Source: Octopus vulgaris (taxonomy: Eukaryota). Taken from it: a stretch of 64,000 bases of DNA. The notes beneath the pieces are model-generated. The model was not told the origin of the DNA and did not search any database. It worked only from the letters and a program-made list of their open reading frames with translations. The position numbers and the translations under genes are program-made. Shown piece after piece: positions 1-12,289 of this stretch (positions are counted from its first letter, which is position 1; every line of letters starts with the position of its first letter). The stretch is taken from positions 29,450,001 through 29,514,000 of the forward strand of contig OX597840.1 in the NCBI GenBank assembly GCA_951406725.2. The letters run 5' to 3'.

Positions 1-318
1 CACCTAAAGCTCCACGAGGCTCCAGCAGGTGGTGGTGGTGACCCCTGTTGTACTCTTTCGCTCCAACTTTCTCTCACTCTTTCTTCCTGTTTCTTGTCCC
101 CAACTTCCTACGCAACCGCTGAGCCTGGATGTGCATTCATCCATCCGTCGATGCTCTCGGTGTCGGGGGTTCACCTGCTTTCTCTTCTGCGAGTCTTACG
201 AATAGCAAAGGACCATGTTTTGGACTTCTACAGACAATCCTGAGGCGCGATCTTGTGAGCTCTGGGACGAAGACTGCTTTGCTCAACAAACAAACAAACA
301 AACGGCAACAACAACAAG
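1..318 (+). mobile_element. SINE family B (tRNA-headed), cut by the window edge, with an alternative 3' body ending in (CAAA)n
   Basis: cacctaaagctccacgaggctcc...tactctttc...ctctttcttcctgtttcttg matches the family B body at 28052-28115 and 39120-39215. Confidence 0.7.
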
Positions 319-796
319 AAATAGATGTTCATGTGGTGATATGGATAAGATGTTTGTTTAGCTGTGACAGGTTCAATTCCACTGCATGGCACCACTGAGA
401 GAACCAGTACTGATGTTTATAGCAGACTGCTATAATGACTATTATTAGCTTCCCAATCGCCATTCTCTTTTTCTTCCTTTATATGAATATAAACTATGTT
501 TTTTATACATATACCTATTATTTTAAGGAAATCGTTTCCCCCAGAATACTAGGTATTGAACCAGTATTTCTTTGGATGAAACCATCCATTCATAAGGTTA
601 ATACAACCTCTAATCAAAGTTTATATGTGTGTGTATATATATATATATAGGTATACATGCACACACAATCACACATACACAGATATTTATATATATATAT
701 ATATATATATTTAATGTAGGATAAAATTTTTTTCGTAAAAAAAAATTTTATCAATGGCCAGCATATTAAAAATACCTTTAAAGGTTAAATTTATGC

Positions 797-996
797 ACAA
801 CTTATAAATAAGGGCAAATGAAAAAATTTCTAATGCCAAATATGCCGAAAAATTGTCCATATTGTCCATTAACCATATAATTTTTCACAATACACAGCGA
901 GCGTATTGTGAAAAATTATATGGTTAATGGACAATGTGTCCAATTTTTCGACATATTTGGCATTAGAAATTTTTTCGTTTGCCCTTATTTATAAGT

Positions 997-999
<3 letters not shown>
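797..999. repeat. Fold-back inverted repeat (~97 bp arms, 9 bp spacer) between (TA)n tracts
   Basis: 797-893 is the near-perfect reverse complement of 903-999. Confidence 0.9.
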
Positions 1000-1045
<46 letters not shown>

Positions 1046-1470
1046 GTGTGTGTGTGTATGTGTGTGTATGTGCGTGTGTGTTTGTGTGCATGTGTCAATG
1101 TCTCATTGTCTTGACGTCATGTGATAATTGTAAACCAGGGTCACTCTCATGCAAACGGAGTCCTTCATTTCCAATCTTCCATGGAAATATGCCTGGTCTT
1201 GAAGAAATAATCCCCTATTTGGAATCAGGTAAGAGTTCACGACAGGAAGGGCATCCACCTGTAGGAAATCTGCCTCAACAAAACTCCATCCAACCCATGC
1301 AAGCAGGAAAACTTAGATGTTAAATAATGATGATGATGATGTTTATGATAAGCTTTTGAGCTATTATTTCTAGCAGACTGAGTAACCAAATAGATGCTAG
1401 CCCATTAGTTTATTAAACAAAATGTTGTTATTGTCATTTAACCCTTGGGTTAGCTCTCTGATCAAAGCAT

Positions 1471-1693
1471 TTACTCTTTTACTTGTTTCAATCATTTGAC
1501 TGCGGCCATGCTGGAGCACCGCCTTTAATCGAGCAAATCGACCCCAGGACTTATTCTTTGTAAGCCTAGTACTTATTCTATTAGGCTACTTTTACCGAAC
1601 CACTAAGTTACGGGGACGTAAACACATCAGCATCGGTTGTCAAGCGATGTTGGGGGGACAAACACACACACACAAACATATACACACACATAC

Positions 1694-1752
<59 letters not shown>

Positions 1753-1931
1753 TACATACATATATACGACGGGCTTCTTTCAGTTTCCGTCTACCAAATC
1801 CACTCACAAGGCTTTGGTCGGCCCGAGGCTGTAGTAGAAGGCACTTGCCCAAGGTGCCATGCAGTGGGACTGAACCCGGAACCATGTAGCTCGTAAGCAA
1901 GCAACTTACCACACAGCCACTCCTACGCCTA
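1471..1931 (-). mobile_element. SINE family A, full length (tRNA-like head, internal (TA)n/(TG)n, LINE-like 3' tail)
   Basis: Minus strand: aggcgtaggagtggctgtgtggtaag...ggttcagtcccac (A/B-box-like) ... aaaggcggtgctccagcatggccgcagtcaaatga..gaaacaagtaaaagag; more than 10 copies in the window. Confidence 0.85.
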
Positions 1932-1963
1932 TTGATTGCCAATATTTTTTCATTTCTTTTTTA

Positions 1964-2181
1964 CCCTTTCGATACCAACCTGGCTGAAACAGCCTCTGGC
2001 TCTGAGTACAAATGTCTTGTTTTCATAAATTTTGAATTAAAATCTTTCCCCAAACCTTAGTCACAATATATGTTCCTAACACTAGCTGAATGATAACCAA
2101 GTTATTTTGCTAAATTCTTTGCGATATCTAAAATAATTGAGAGAAACACAGCATCTCAAAATAAATGCGGTAACGAAAGGG
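1964..2181. mobile_element. piggyBac-like MITE
   Basis: TIRs ccctttcgatacc / ggtaacgaaaggg, flanked by ttta and ttaa. Confidence 0.65.
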
Positions 2182-3204
2182 TTAAAATAGTAAGGTTTTT
2201 GGCTGCTGTTTCTAGCACGTCGAACGACCACGTGGATGCTCTCCTTCTCTTTGACTCATCATAGACAAACATAGTAATGGCCACTTGAAAGATTAAAGTG
2301 AAGAATATAAGCAGCAAACATCTGCTTCCAGTATATGGAAATATTTCAGCCAAAGACAATAGTTTATGAGGAAAGTAAGATAAAGATAAAAATAAAACAA
2401 TATAAAAATATATATTAGAAATAAGAAATTGCTCTTAATTGCTTCCAAAAGACAGAAAATTCTTTTCTGAGAAGAAAATTAATGGATGCAAAGAATTTTA
2501 TTCCAAAGAAACAGACAATACAAAAGGAGTTGTGTTGTTGTTTGTTATTTTCTTTCCACTTCTCACCGTTAAAATGCAATTAAAACGGTAAAGAATTGAT
2601 GGCGCTAAATATAATTGCAGAGATTGCTGGGGAATCACCAAAAAAAAAAAAAAAATAGAACTATAGATTGCACCATCCTTCTCTTCACTAATTGTTCTTC
2701 AGAAATTAAGATGAAATCTCTTCAATTAAATTTACTTATCTAATCTGAAGAATTTGCACAAATAAATTGTCTTATGGCTCTGGCTTAAGCCATTCTGAGT
2801 AAATTTCATGTGGAATCACAAGAAATCAATGTTTTGCGTCTTTTGTGAGCCAAATTCTTGAATTCTTCATATGTGCAGAAGCATAATTGAGTCAATTACT
2901 TCATGATTGGAACCTAGGTTCTCAAAATAATCTTGTTTTTTTTTTCCTTTCTCTATCGCAATCTCTACTTTTAGAAATCAGATTCTTCTCAGACATGATT
3001 TTCTTTATGGTTGTATTACAGAAAAGTTTCAATGAGGGCGGTCTGTGAGTGTGTGTGTGTGTGGGGTGGGAAGATGTAAGGTAAGTAGTTTGCTTTCCAG
3101 CTATTGTAGTTCAAGATTACCTTGAGCAAATGTTTTCTACTACAGCCCTGGGCCAACCAAAGCCATGTGAGTTGATTTGGTAGATGGGAACCGAAAGAAG
3201 CCTG

Positions 3205-3246
<42 letters not shown>

Positions 3247-3255
3247 TCCTCCTCC

Positions 3256-3428
3256 TCATCATCGTTTAACGTCCGTTTTCCAAGCTAGCATGGGTTGGAT
3301 CGTTCAACTGGGGTCTGGGAAGCCAGAAGGCTGCATCAGGCCCAGTCTGATCTGGCAGTGTTTCTACAGCTGGATGCCCTTCCTAACGCCAACCACTCCG
3401 TGAGTGTAGTGGGTGCTTTTTACGTGTC
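3256..3428 (-). mobile_element. RTE-type LINE/SINE 3' end with (GAT)n tail
   Basis: catcatcgtttaacgtccgttttcc..gctagcatgggttgga...ctggatgcccttcctaacgccaaccactcc; the same tail follows the RTE ORF remnant at 42960-43335. Confidence 0.75.
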
Positions 3429-3429
3429 A

Positions 3430-3502
<73 letters not shown>

Positions 3503-3686
3503 AATGAATGTTTTTATATATAATGAACGTGAAACACAGGAAGGGACGAACACGGAACACAGACAAATCATTCGAAGCCTTCAATCTTCAGTCAGACACC
3601 GAACCATCATAGCAAATTTCGGCTGTTCAATTCATATATATATATATAGGTGAGAGAGTTGGTGTGTGAAAGCACGTGGCTGGATG

Positions 3687-3995
3687 TATAAAAAATAGAA
3701 AAGAGTGTAAAAACTACAGAAGGCTTGTTTTATAAGGTTAAAGAATATATTTAAGTCATTATGCTAGAAAAATGTTATAAAATTTTGTGCATAGTAACAT
3801 AGCGAAGACATGACACGATGTAGGTAAAGAAATTTGAGAAAATTGAAAAGAAAATATGAAACCGGTTATTTTTCCAAAAACTATGTTACTATACACAAAA
3901 TTTTATAACCTTTTTCTAACATAACGACTTAAATATATTCTTTAACCTTATAACACAAGCCTTCTGTAATTTCTTCACTCTTTTTTATTTTATAT
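3687..3995. repeat. Fold-back inverted repeat (~115 bp arms) abutting (TA)n
   Basis: 3687-3802 is the reverse complement of 3881-3995 with scattered mismatches. Confidence 0.85.
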
Positions 3996-4011
3996 ATATA
4001 TATATATATAT

Positions 4012-4920
4012 ATGAGGTGGTATCAACTAGTTCTATAGTGTGCCAACAGATCGCAGCACAAGGTTGTATGCAGTGAGAGCTTGTAGTGACCTTCATGAGA
4101 CAGTGTGCACAGTGACATTTCTGTGTTTACTTCACAAGTTGGGAAATTTGTGTGTTTTTGTGATTAGGTGTATGCTGTAGTCTATGGATTTTGTCATGGA
4201 GAGGTACAAAGAACAAATGGGAAACTTTGCATTAAATTTTGGGAGTCTGTTACAGAGACAATGAACATTCTTCGGCAAGATTATGGCAATGGGGCACCCT
4301 GGGGTGTACACAATGTTTTGAGTGGCACGGGTGCTTTAAAAATGGAAGAACATCCCTAGAAGACAATGAGTCATCTGGAAAAGCTACTATGAGCTTCGTC
4401 CCTGAAAATGTGGTCTCATTGCATTGTGAATTAAGCCCATCCTCCCAGGGCCAGACCATCAATCAAAAGTTCTACTGCAACATTTTGAAATGCTTAAAGG
4501 AGGACATTTGGTGAAAGGGACTGGATTTGTTGAGCATGGAAAATTGGATTCTACAGGGTGACAAAACACACCCTGTCATCAAACTCTCCTCACCTGCGGA
4601 TTTCTTGCTAAAAACAACATGGTATCACTTCTGCACCCACCTTATTCCCCACATTTAGCACCTGGAGACTTCTATCTCTTCCCCAAGAGGAAAATGTACT
4701 TCAGAGATCACGTTTTAACACTGTTGTTGAAATCTAGAACCAATCACAGAAAGTCCTCAGCTCACAGAAAATGACTTCCAAGTCAGATTCCAAAAGTGGT
4801 AAGAATGCTGGCACTGGTGTATTGCTGCACAATGGGACTGTTTCAGAGGAGATGATGTTAAAACTTAGGTAAATAAGTTATGTTTTATTTATTAAACATA
4901 ACTAGTCCTTGCACTTTTTG
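4012..4920 (+). mobile_element. Degenerate mariner transposon
   Basis: Fragments ETMNILRQDYG..., QGQTINQKFYCNILKCL and HPPYSPHLAPGDFYLFPKRK (mariner YSPDLAP motif); frameshifts and stops. Confidence 0.8.
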
Positions 4921-4924
4921 TTCC

Positions 4925-5570
4925 GTGGACTGTGCTTCTGCTCTCTCTCCCTGCACCTGCCCCACCGTTGCTTGTCTCCCATTTCTTCTCACTTACCACC
5001 TCTCCCCCTCCAACGCACCATTCTCTGAGCCTTCTGGTATCCCCAGTTCAACCTCTCCACCTCGCACATCTTATCTAACTTACCCCTTTCCTCCTTCAAA
5101 CGAGCCCACAACCTGTGTGACCCCCTGATCCACAGTTTCTACCCTAACCCCTCCTCCCAATCTGGCTCGTTCCCCAACTTCCATCCACACTGCCTCACTT
5201 GCCCCTGCCTCTCCAGCACCAACATCACAAGCAACCATCATCGTTCCTATCATATCACTGACGCCTATACCTGCACTTCTAGCAATATCATTCACTGCAT
5301 CTCCTGCTCTTTCTGCCCTTATCTATACATTGGTCAAATGGGAGGCTGCTTGGCTGACCAGTTCGTGGAGCACTTCCAAGACATCAGACTCGGCAACGAT
5401 ACCCTGGTCTCGTGCCATTTCTGCTATACCGGTTGTTTACTACAACACCTGTCTGTGTTCGGATTGTCTTTAGCACAAGGACCATCCAGACATCCGCCTT
5501 TGCTGTGAATAGGAAATCATCTTCTCTCTTCGCTCTTTTGCCCCACATGGGCTCAACTCCCCTTCTCTCC
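4925..5570 (+). mobile_element. Decayed Penelope-like element, GIY-YIG endonuclease region
   Basis: ~5265-5420 translates as YTCTSSNIIHCISCSFCPYLYIGQMGGCLADQFVEHFQDIRLGNDTLVSCHF, a PLE GIY-YIG with CCHH. Confidence 0.75.
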
Positions 5571-6181
5571 TCTCTTCATCTGATACCTACTTCCTCTCTT
5601 CACTCCTACTCACCTCTACTCTCCTCTCTTGCTCTGACACCTACTTCCTCTCTCCACTCCTACCTACATTCTCTCTCCATTGATACCCCTCCATCCATAC
5701 CCCACACCTGCACCCCACTCCCACATACCCTACCTCTATCTCACACCTCCACCTGCATCCCCACCCTAAGCCACACCACACACCACCACTCCACACCACA
5801 CTCCACACACTAGCACCAACAGCTTCCCAGTACCCACACCACACACCCACACATTACAGATGCACACACTTACACATGCACACAGGCACACATCCACACA
5901 TCAGAAAAACTGAAAGACAGAAACTATGATAGAAGACACTTGTTGAACAAGTGACGTGCAGTTGAATTGAACCGAGAATCACCTGGACGAGAAACACAAG
6001 TTTTCTAATCAGACAACTATTATAACCAAAATTCGAGCAACAGGCACCAAATTACAGACTAAGATGTATCCTTCTGATAATGCTAAAAGAATCCTGCCAG
6101 CGTCTGTATGGAGCTGCAATCATTTATCTAGCACAAAAGTATTGACTTAATTTCAGAGATCACTGCCCAACAGTTTTGCAC

Positions 6182-6248
<67 letters not shown>

Positions 6249-6326
6249 GTAATAAGAGTAATAATAATAATAACAATAATAATAATAATAATAATAATAG
6301 TAATAATAATAATAATAATAGTAATA

Positions 6327-6362
<36 letters not shown>

Positions 6363-6371
6363 GTAATAGTA

Positions 6372-6410
<39 letters not shown>

Positions 6411-6603
6411 GTAATAATAATAATAATAATAATAATAGTAATAATAATAATTATAGTAATAGTAGTAATAATAATAATAATAGTAATAATAGTAATAATA
6501 ATAATAATAATAACAATGATAACAACAACAACAATAATAATAATAATAATAATAATGATAATAATAATAATGATAATAATAATAATATAAAAATAAAACT
6601 ACA

Positions 6604-6684
<81 letters not shown>

Positions 6685-6690
6685 TAATAA
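6182..6690. repeat. (AAT)n microsatellite, ~500 bp
   Basis: Direct reading; source of the poly-N/poly-Y/poly-L ORFs. Confidence 0.98.
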
Positions 6691-7033
6691 ATGATATGAA
6701 AGAAATTCAAAGAGCCACTCACATTGTTTATGGAATAACAAAATTCTTTTCATTATTCGAAGAAAAAATATATACATTCGGGAATAACTGTATACGAAAT
6801 AATTTCTTATACTGGAAAATATATTTTATTTATCAGATTCTTGGAGAATTCTATTAAACCGAAGCTGTTTAATAAGACTAAATTCGTTCTGGGACCAGTA
6901 ATAGAAGGAAATTGCCTTGAACAATGGTAACTCCGAGAATTAGAGAATTTCCAATTCTGTGAAAGTTACCAGATAAAAGTATTTCAATGATGTTAAACTA
7001 AGATTAAAATGCTTAACTTTATTGGTGTTTGTG

Positions 7034-7048
7034 ATATACATACATACA

Positions 7049-7101
<53 letters not shown>

Positions 7102-7184
7102 GCATACATACATATATATATATATATACATATATATATATGTATATATACATACATATATATACATACATACACACACACATA

Positions 7185-7239
<55 letters not shown>

Positions 7240-7260
7240 TATTTATATATATACATACAT

Positions 7261-7310
<50 letters not shown>

Positions 7311-7397
7311 ATATATATAATACATATATATATACATACATATATATTCATACATACATATATAAATACATACATATATACATATATATATATATAC

Positions 7398-7428
<31 letters not shown>

Positions 7429-7470
7429 AACATAAACAAATATATGTATGTGTATGTATATATGTGTATG
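7034..7470. repeat. Compound (TACA)n/(TA)n/(CA)n microsatellite
   Basis: Direct reading. Confidence 0.95.
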
Positions 7471-7629
7471 CTGGCGTGGCTGTATGGTAAGAAGGTTGCT
7501 TCCCAATCTCATGGTTTCCGGGTTCAATCCCACTGTGTAACACCTTGGACAAGTGTCTTCTACTAAAGCCTTGGGCCAACCAAAGCCTTGTGAGTGGATT
7601 AGGTAAACAGAATCTGAAAGAGTTCATTG

Positions 7630-8045
7630 TATGAGGACAAGTCAAATATCATTCGCACTTTCGCCATGACATATCTTTATTATTGTCACACGGCCTTCTG
7701 CACATGTATGCTTATAGTTGGTACTATTGTGGTCAAGTGGTCGAAGTTTGAGCCTGATCATGCCATTTTTCTTTCTGGTTTTACAATGTAAGCATGGCCG
7801 CTCCACTACAAATGCGCACCAAAGAAGAACTAAGAGCAGTGATCCGATTTCTCAGGCTGGAAAGTGTGTCAGGTGCTGAAATTCAGCAGAGGTTTTTAGC
7901 ACAATACGGGGACAGTGCATTACTGCGTAGAAGTGTGTATGAGTGGACTGAGAAGTTTAAAAGATGCCGGGCAAGAATGACACACGGAGAGGGAACAAGA
8001 CACCCGTCAACCTCGACGACTGGCGAGAAGATTCAGCAAACGATG
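7630..8045 (+). mobile_element. Mariner 5' fragment (terminus plus N-terminal HTH of transposase)
   Basis: ORF 7794-8048 MAAPLQMRTKEELRAVIRFLRLESVSGAEIQQRFLAQYGDSALLRRSVYEWTEKFKR; related copy at 8771-9015. Confidence 0.8.
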
Positions 8046-8738
8046 TGACAAAGTGGATAATACAGCAAGATGTTTCAAAATTGGTGAAAATATATTTGTG
8101 AGGGCATATAAGAATGGTAAACAAAGTTTGGAAGACGGCGTGATTACCAAACGCATATGAAAAATGCTTAACTTGATAAAAAGAAGAAAATGGGTATACA
8201 AGAGACGCATGAATCAACTAAAAACAAAAGATTTGTTCAGAACGAACCCAAGAGAATGGAAGAACCAAAGGAATGGTTATATGACACTTTTCAAGTACCA
8301 ACTCCACTACAAATAATTGGATCCAGACGCATAAGCGAAAGAAAAAGAAAATGTACGGAGTTCCTGGAAGTGGACACCAAACAAAAAATATTAAATTTGC
8401 CATTGTGTGAAAAAAAACAACAAAAAACTCAGAAAAGGGAAGTGGGTAATGTAAAAATTATTGTTAATAAAAAGAAATAAAATTACACTCCCTAAGAAAA
8501 AATTCAATAGGAGATGTTGCGGGGATAATAATAATAATGGAACACTCCTCCCACGTGACAAGTGGTATGTGCTAGTCGTTACAAGTACTGTGATGTAGAA
8601 AGTTGAGAGGTTGGCAAGTCGTTCATAGATAGTCGTATCTTACTTGTCCAAGTATACTGCTATACCAGAGTGGACGTTACAAGACACAAAGGTACACACA
8701 CACACCTATATATATATAGGTGTGTGTGCGTGTGTACG

Positions 8739-8770
<32 letters not shown>

Positions 8771-9015
8771 TATGAGGGGAAGTCAAAAATTATTCACACT
8801 TTCGCCATAGCATATCCTTATTATTGTCACACCCGCTTCTGCGCATGCGTGTATATAATTGGTATTGTTGTGGTCATACAACCGAAGTTTGAGCCTGATC
8901 ATGCCATTTTTCTTTCTGGCTTGACAGAAAGATCATGCCATTTTTCTTTCTGGCTTGACAGTGTGAGCATGTCCACAAACAATGTCATGAAAGAAAAACA
9001 AAAAGTAGTGATCCG
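8771..9015 (+). mobile_element. Second copy of the same mariner 5' fragment
   Basis: tatgagggga agtcaaaaattattcacactttcgccat... homologous to 7630-7850. Confidence 0.7.
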
Positions 9016-9069
9016 AGAGATGGTAATGGTGAGTCAGTTCACCATTGTCATCTCACATGCTTGCTGAAT

Positions 9070-9660
9070 CTTATTTCTTTATTGTCCACTAGGGACTAAA
9101 CACAGAAGGGACAGACAAGGACAGACAAAGGGATTAAGCCGATTACATCGACCCCAGCGCGTAACTGGTACTTAATTTATCGACCCCGGAAGGATGAAAG
9201 GAAAAGTCGACCTTGGCGGAATTTGAACTCAGAACGTAACGGCAGACGAAATACTTATTTCTTTACTACCCACAAAGGGCTAAACAAGGACAGACAAACG
9301 GATTAAGTCGATTATATCGACCCCAGTGCGTAACTGGTACTTATTTAATCGACCCCGAAAGGATGAAAGGCAAAGTCGACCTCGGCGGAATTTGAACTCA
9401 GAACGTAACGGCAGACGAAATATCTATTTCTTTACCACCCACAAGGGGCTACACACAGAGAGGACAAACATGTACAGACAAAGGGATTAAGTCGATTACA
9501 TCGACCCCAGTGCGTAACTGGTACTTATTATTTAATCAACCCTGAAAGGATGAAAGGCAAAGTCGACCTCTGCGGAATTTGAACTCAGAACCTAAATACA
9601 GACGAAATATTGCTAAGCATTTCGCCCGGCGTGCTAACACTTCTGCCAGCATGCCGCCGT
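9070..9660 (-). mobile_element. SINE family D (Meta-domain-like) with three tandem ~170-185 bp 3' units
   Basis: Repeated gaccccgaaaggatgaaaggcaaagtcgacctcggcggaatttgaactcagaacg; head ...gcatttcgcccggcgtgctaac...gccgcc at the right end. Confidence 0.8.
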
Positions 9661-11190
9661 AAGTAAAAGATAAACATTGTAAATAAAGTTATGAACCTTC
9701 ACCATATATTGACTATAGAGAAGAGTTTAATATTAGGGGAGATGAACGCACGTGACAGGAAAATATGGACATTAATACACATAGGAATTGAACTCACATC
9801 TCTTGCTGACCAATTGCACCAATATGTTCTCCGTTAAAATTAGGAACTATGATTTCAAAGCAGTAAATATGTAAACGTGTGAATTCCGCATGAATTAGGC
9901 AACGGTGCGACGAAAATTTCGTAAATAGATTTATAAGCTTTTGCAGTCAATAGAAAATAATCGAATATTCAGGTTTATCATGATATACAAACACTGTAAC
10001 GTGCACGAGTGCCTATTTGCCCTGTCACAGGGTTTGTGTGCCTTAATATTAGGCAACTTTTTAAAGCCAATGTATACGGTAAAGGCTCATAATTCTATTT
10101 ACAATCTTTCAATCGGTTCCATTTTTTTGTATAATTTGCGTTTTGGCTGTCCTTACTGCCTTCCTGCATTTGTGAATTCTTTTATTTTTGTAGAATACTG
10201 ACACACTCAGCTCTTATAACTTCGTGTACAAAATGGTCTCACATTCCAAAAGCTATCATTTAGCATTATAAAAAGGCAGTATCTTTTGTCATGGGTCTCT
10301 TAGCTTAATGGATCAGAGCGCTCAGCTGCAATTTGAGATGTGCAGGATTCAATTACTTGTGGACATTTGCAGGACAGCTTTTTTCCATTTCTTTTAAAAG
10401 GTTATTTACCTGATTTTCTAAGCTGTCCTCACAGCCTTCTTGCAATCATTAATTCCTTTATAAAAAATACTGATACTTGCAGTGTTTATAAGTTTGTTTA
10501 CAAAGTGTTCTCATATACAGATATATGTAAAAATATGTATACAAGTTATGAGGAGTTGAGGTCAAGGTAACCCAAACTAAGGATCTTTTCCTTTTGAACG
10601 GCAGTTTTCAACACAATTTCCAGTTAACTGAACACTTTTAAACTTCGTATACTGGTAGAATGTGTCAAAATAAAACATTTTTTCTCTTGGCTTTCTTGAG
10701 AAAATTGTAATTTGTAAGTTTAACGTAGTTTAATTATTCGAATTTTAACCAATCGATGGCCTCTATTGAGCTAAAATCATTTGCTGCGTCTAAAACTGAG
10801 ACGTATATCCAAATTTGGCCAAATGTGTTTTCTTTTACAATATTTATTTTTGCTTGAAGTAGCCGGTTCTTTTGGTCAAACTATCGTATCTCCAGTTGCT
10901 TCAGATGCCAAGATGTCAAAAATTGTCAAAGTGTAGTATAACGGTTTTGCTATGGAAAGGTGAAGCTATTTTTTCGTTTTCAGAAAAAGCAACGTTTTGG
11001 ACTTACTATTCTTTTTCATAATAGCAATGGCATATTCTCTTTTACTCTTTAACACATTTTAGTCATTTGACTGTAACCATGCTGGAATGCTGCCTTTAGT
11101 CGAAGAAATCAACCCAAAGACATATTCTTTGTAAGTTTAGTACTTATTCTATTCTTTATGTATGCACGTACATATGTATGTACGTGTGTA

Positions 11191-11246
<56 letters not shown>

Positions 11247-11264
11247 ACAATTACTCGATAGTCA

Positions 11265-11327
11265 AGATAAAACTCTGAGTTTCAGATGCCGAAGTGGAAA
11301 TCCACAACACCATCTCTTCGGTTATCT
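11265..11327 (-). ncRNA. Minimal type I hammerhead ribozyme motif
   Basis: Minus strand AGATAA-CCGAAGA-GATG..GTGG/CCAC..CATC-T-GAAAC-TCAGA-GTT-TTATCT: 6 bp stem I, extended stem II, GUU site, one extra U before GAAA. Confidence 0.55.
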
Positions 11328-11658
11328 GGCCATCTGAAAAAACGCTATGAAAAAATACCGTTATATAAAGGGAAATTACTGTGTTATAATTCTGCTACTT
11401 ATATAAAATAAGATTAAAATTTCATAGTCTAGTCATACGCTCACATGTGCGCTCGCGGACCCACGTGCGTACTTATACGTCACTATGAAAACGTACACAT
11501 CTTCACTCGCATTTTTCGCCAAATATATACGCATATATATATACAAACTCATACACACACACATGCGTACCGTAAAAGTTCATACATACGTCTATATACG
11601 CACAAGCACAAGAAAAACCATGGTTAAAGGTAACAGAAAAAAACAAAAGGAAGTGTAC

Positions 11659-12275
11659 TGTAACGAACTTAGTGAGTGTGTGAATATCTCTTTCTTGTAC
11701 TTTCGGGGTACAAGAAAGGCAATCACTAGCCGTTGCTTTAATAATCCAGAATTCTACTAGTCAGAAACAACAAGACGCAGACGTAAAATATATATATACT
11801 ACTTTATTCTCTTTCTTGGTAACAATAACAATAAGTGGTTATCTGATGTCCTTGGTTCGGGGCGCGCAAGGCTGAAAGTTAATCGATTGTAATATTTACA
11901 ATATTCAGCCGCTAAAACCAGAACGGGTTCAAGATGGCGTCGAACAGGGAAGTTGAATGTGGTCGGCAACAATTTGGTTAAAGGCATTCGGCCGACTGCT
12001 GCTAGAATCAAGTCCTGAGGGAGAGAGAATATACGTGACCGTTGCCTTCGATAGCCATGTCTCAAAGTCACCCCTGACTGCTGCTAGCAGTCAAACGTTC
12101 TACGACCCCCTTGCCTCGCTAATGAATGTGGTCGGCAATAGGGTTCTTCTTCCGGTGCTTCGCGCATGCGCGAGAGGGCCCTTCCTTTCTCTGCCTTCAT
12201 GAAGGCACCAACACTCGCACGCGCGAAATAGAAAATGGAAGGTGCGCGCGCGCGCACCGTTATAGGGTCACTACA
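11659..12275 (-). repeat. 3' LTR
   Basis: tgtaacg...gggtcactaca; direct repeat of 13820-14431; AATAAA on minus at ~11802-11807 followed by a GT-rich tract. Confidence 0.9.
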
Positions 12276-12276
12276 A

Positions 12277-12289
12277 GGTTCCCCTCCAG
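12277..12289 (-). other. Polypurine tract
   Basis: Minus strand ctggaggggaacct immediately upstream of the 3' LTR TGTAG. Confidence 0.7.

Noticed and set aside
6153-7645. Long ORFs of poly-N, poly-Y, poly-L and (YI)n
   Set aside because: Translations of (AAT)n and (TA)n/(TACA)n microsatellites; no coding complexity.
10292-10366. tRNA gene
   Set aside because: A-box- and B-box-like words are present but the acceptor and T stems do not pair; probably a decayed SINE head.
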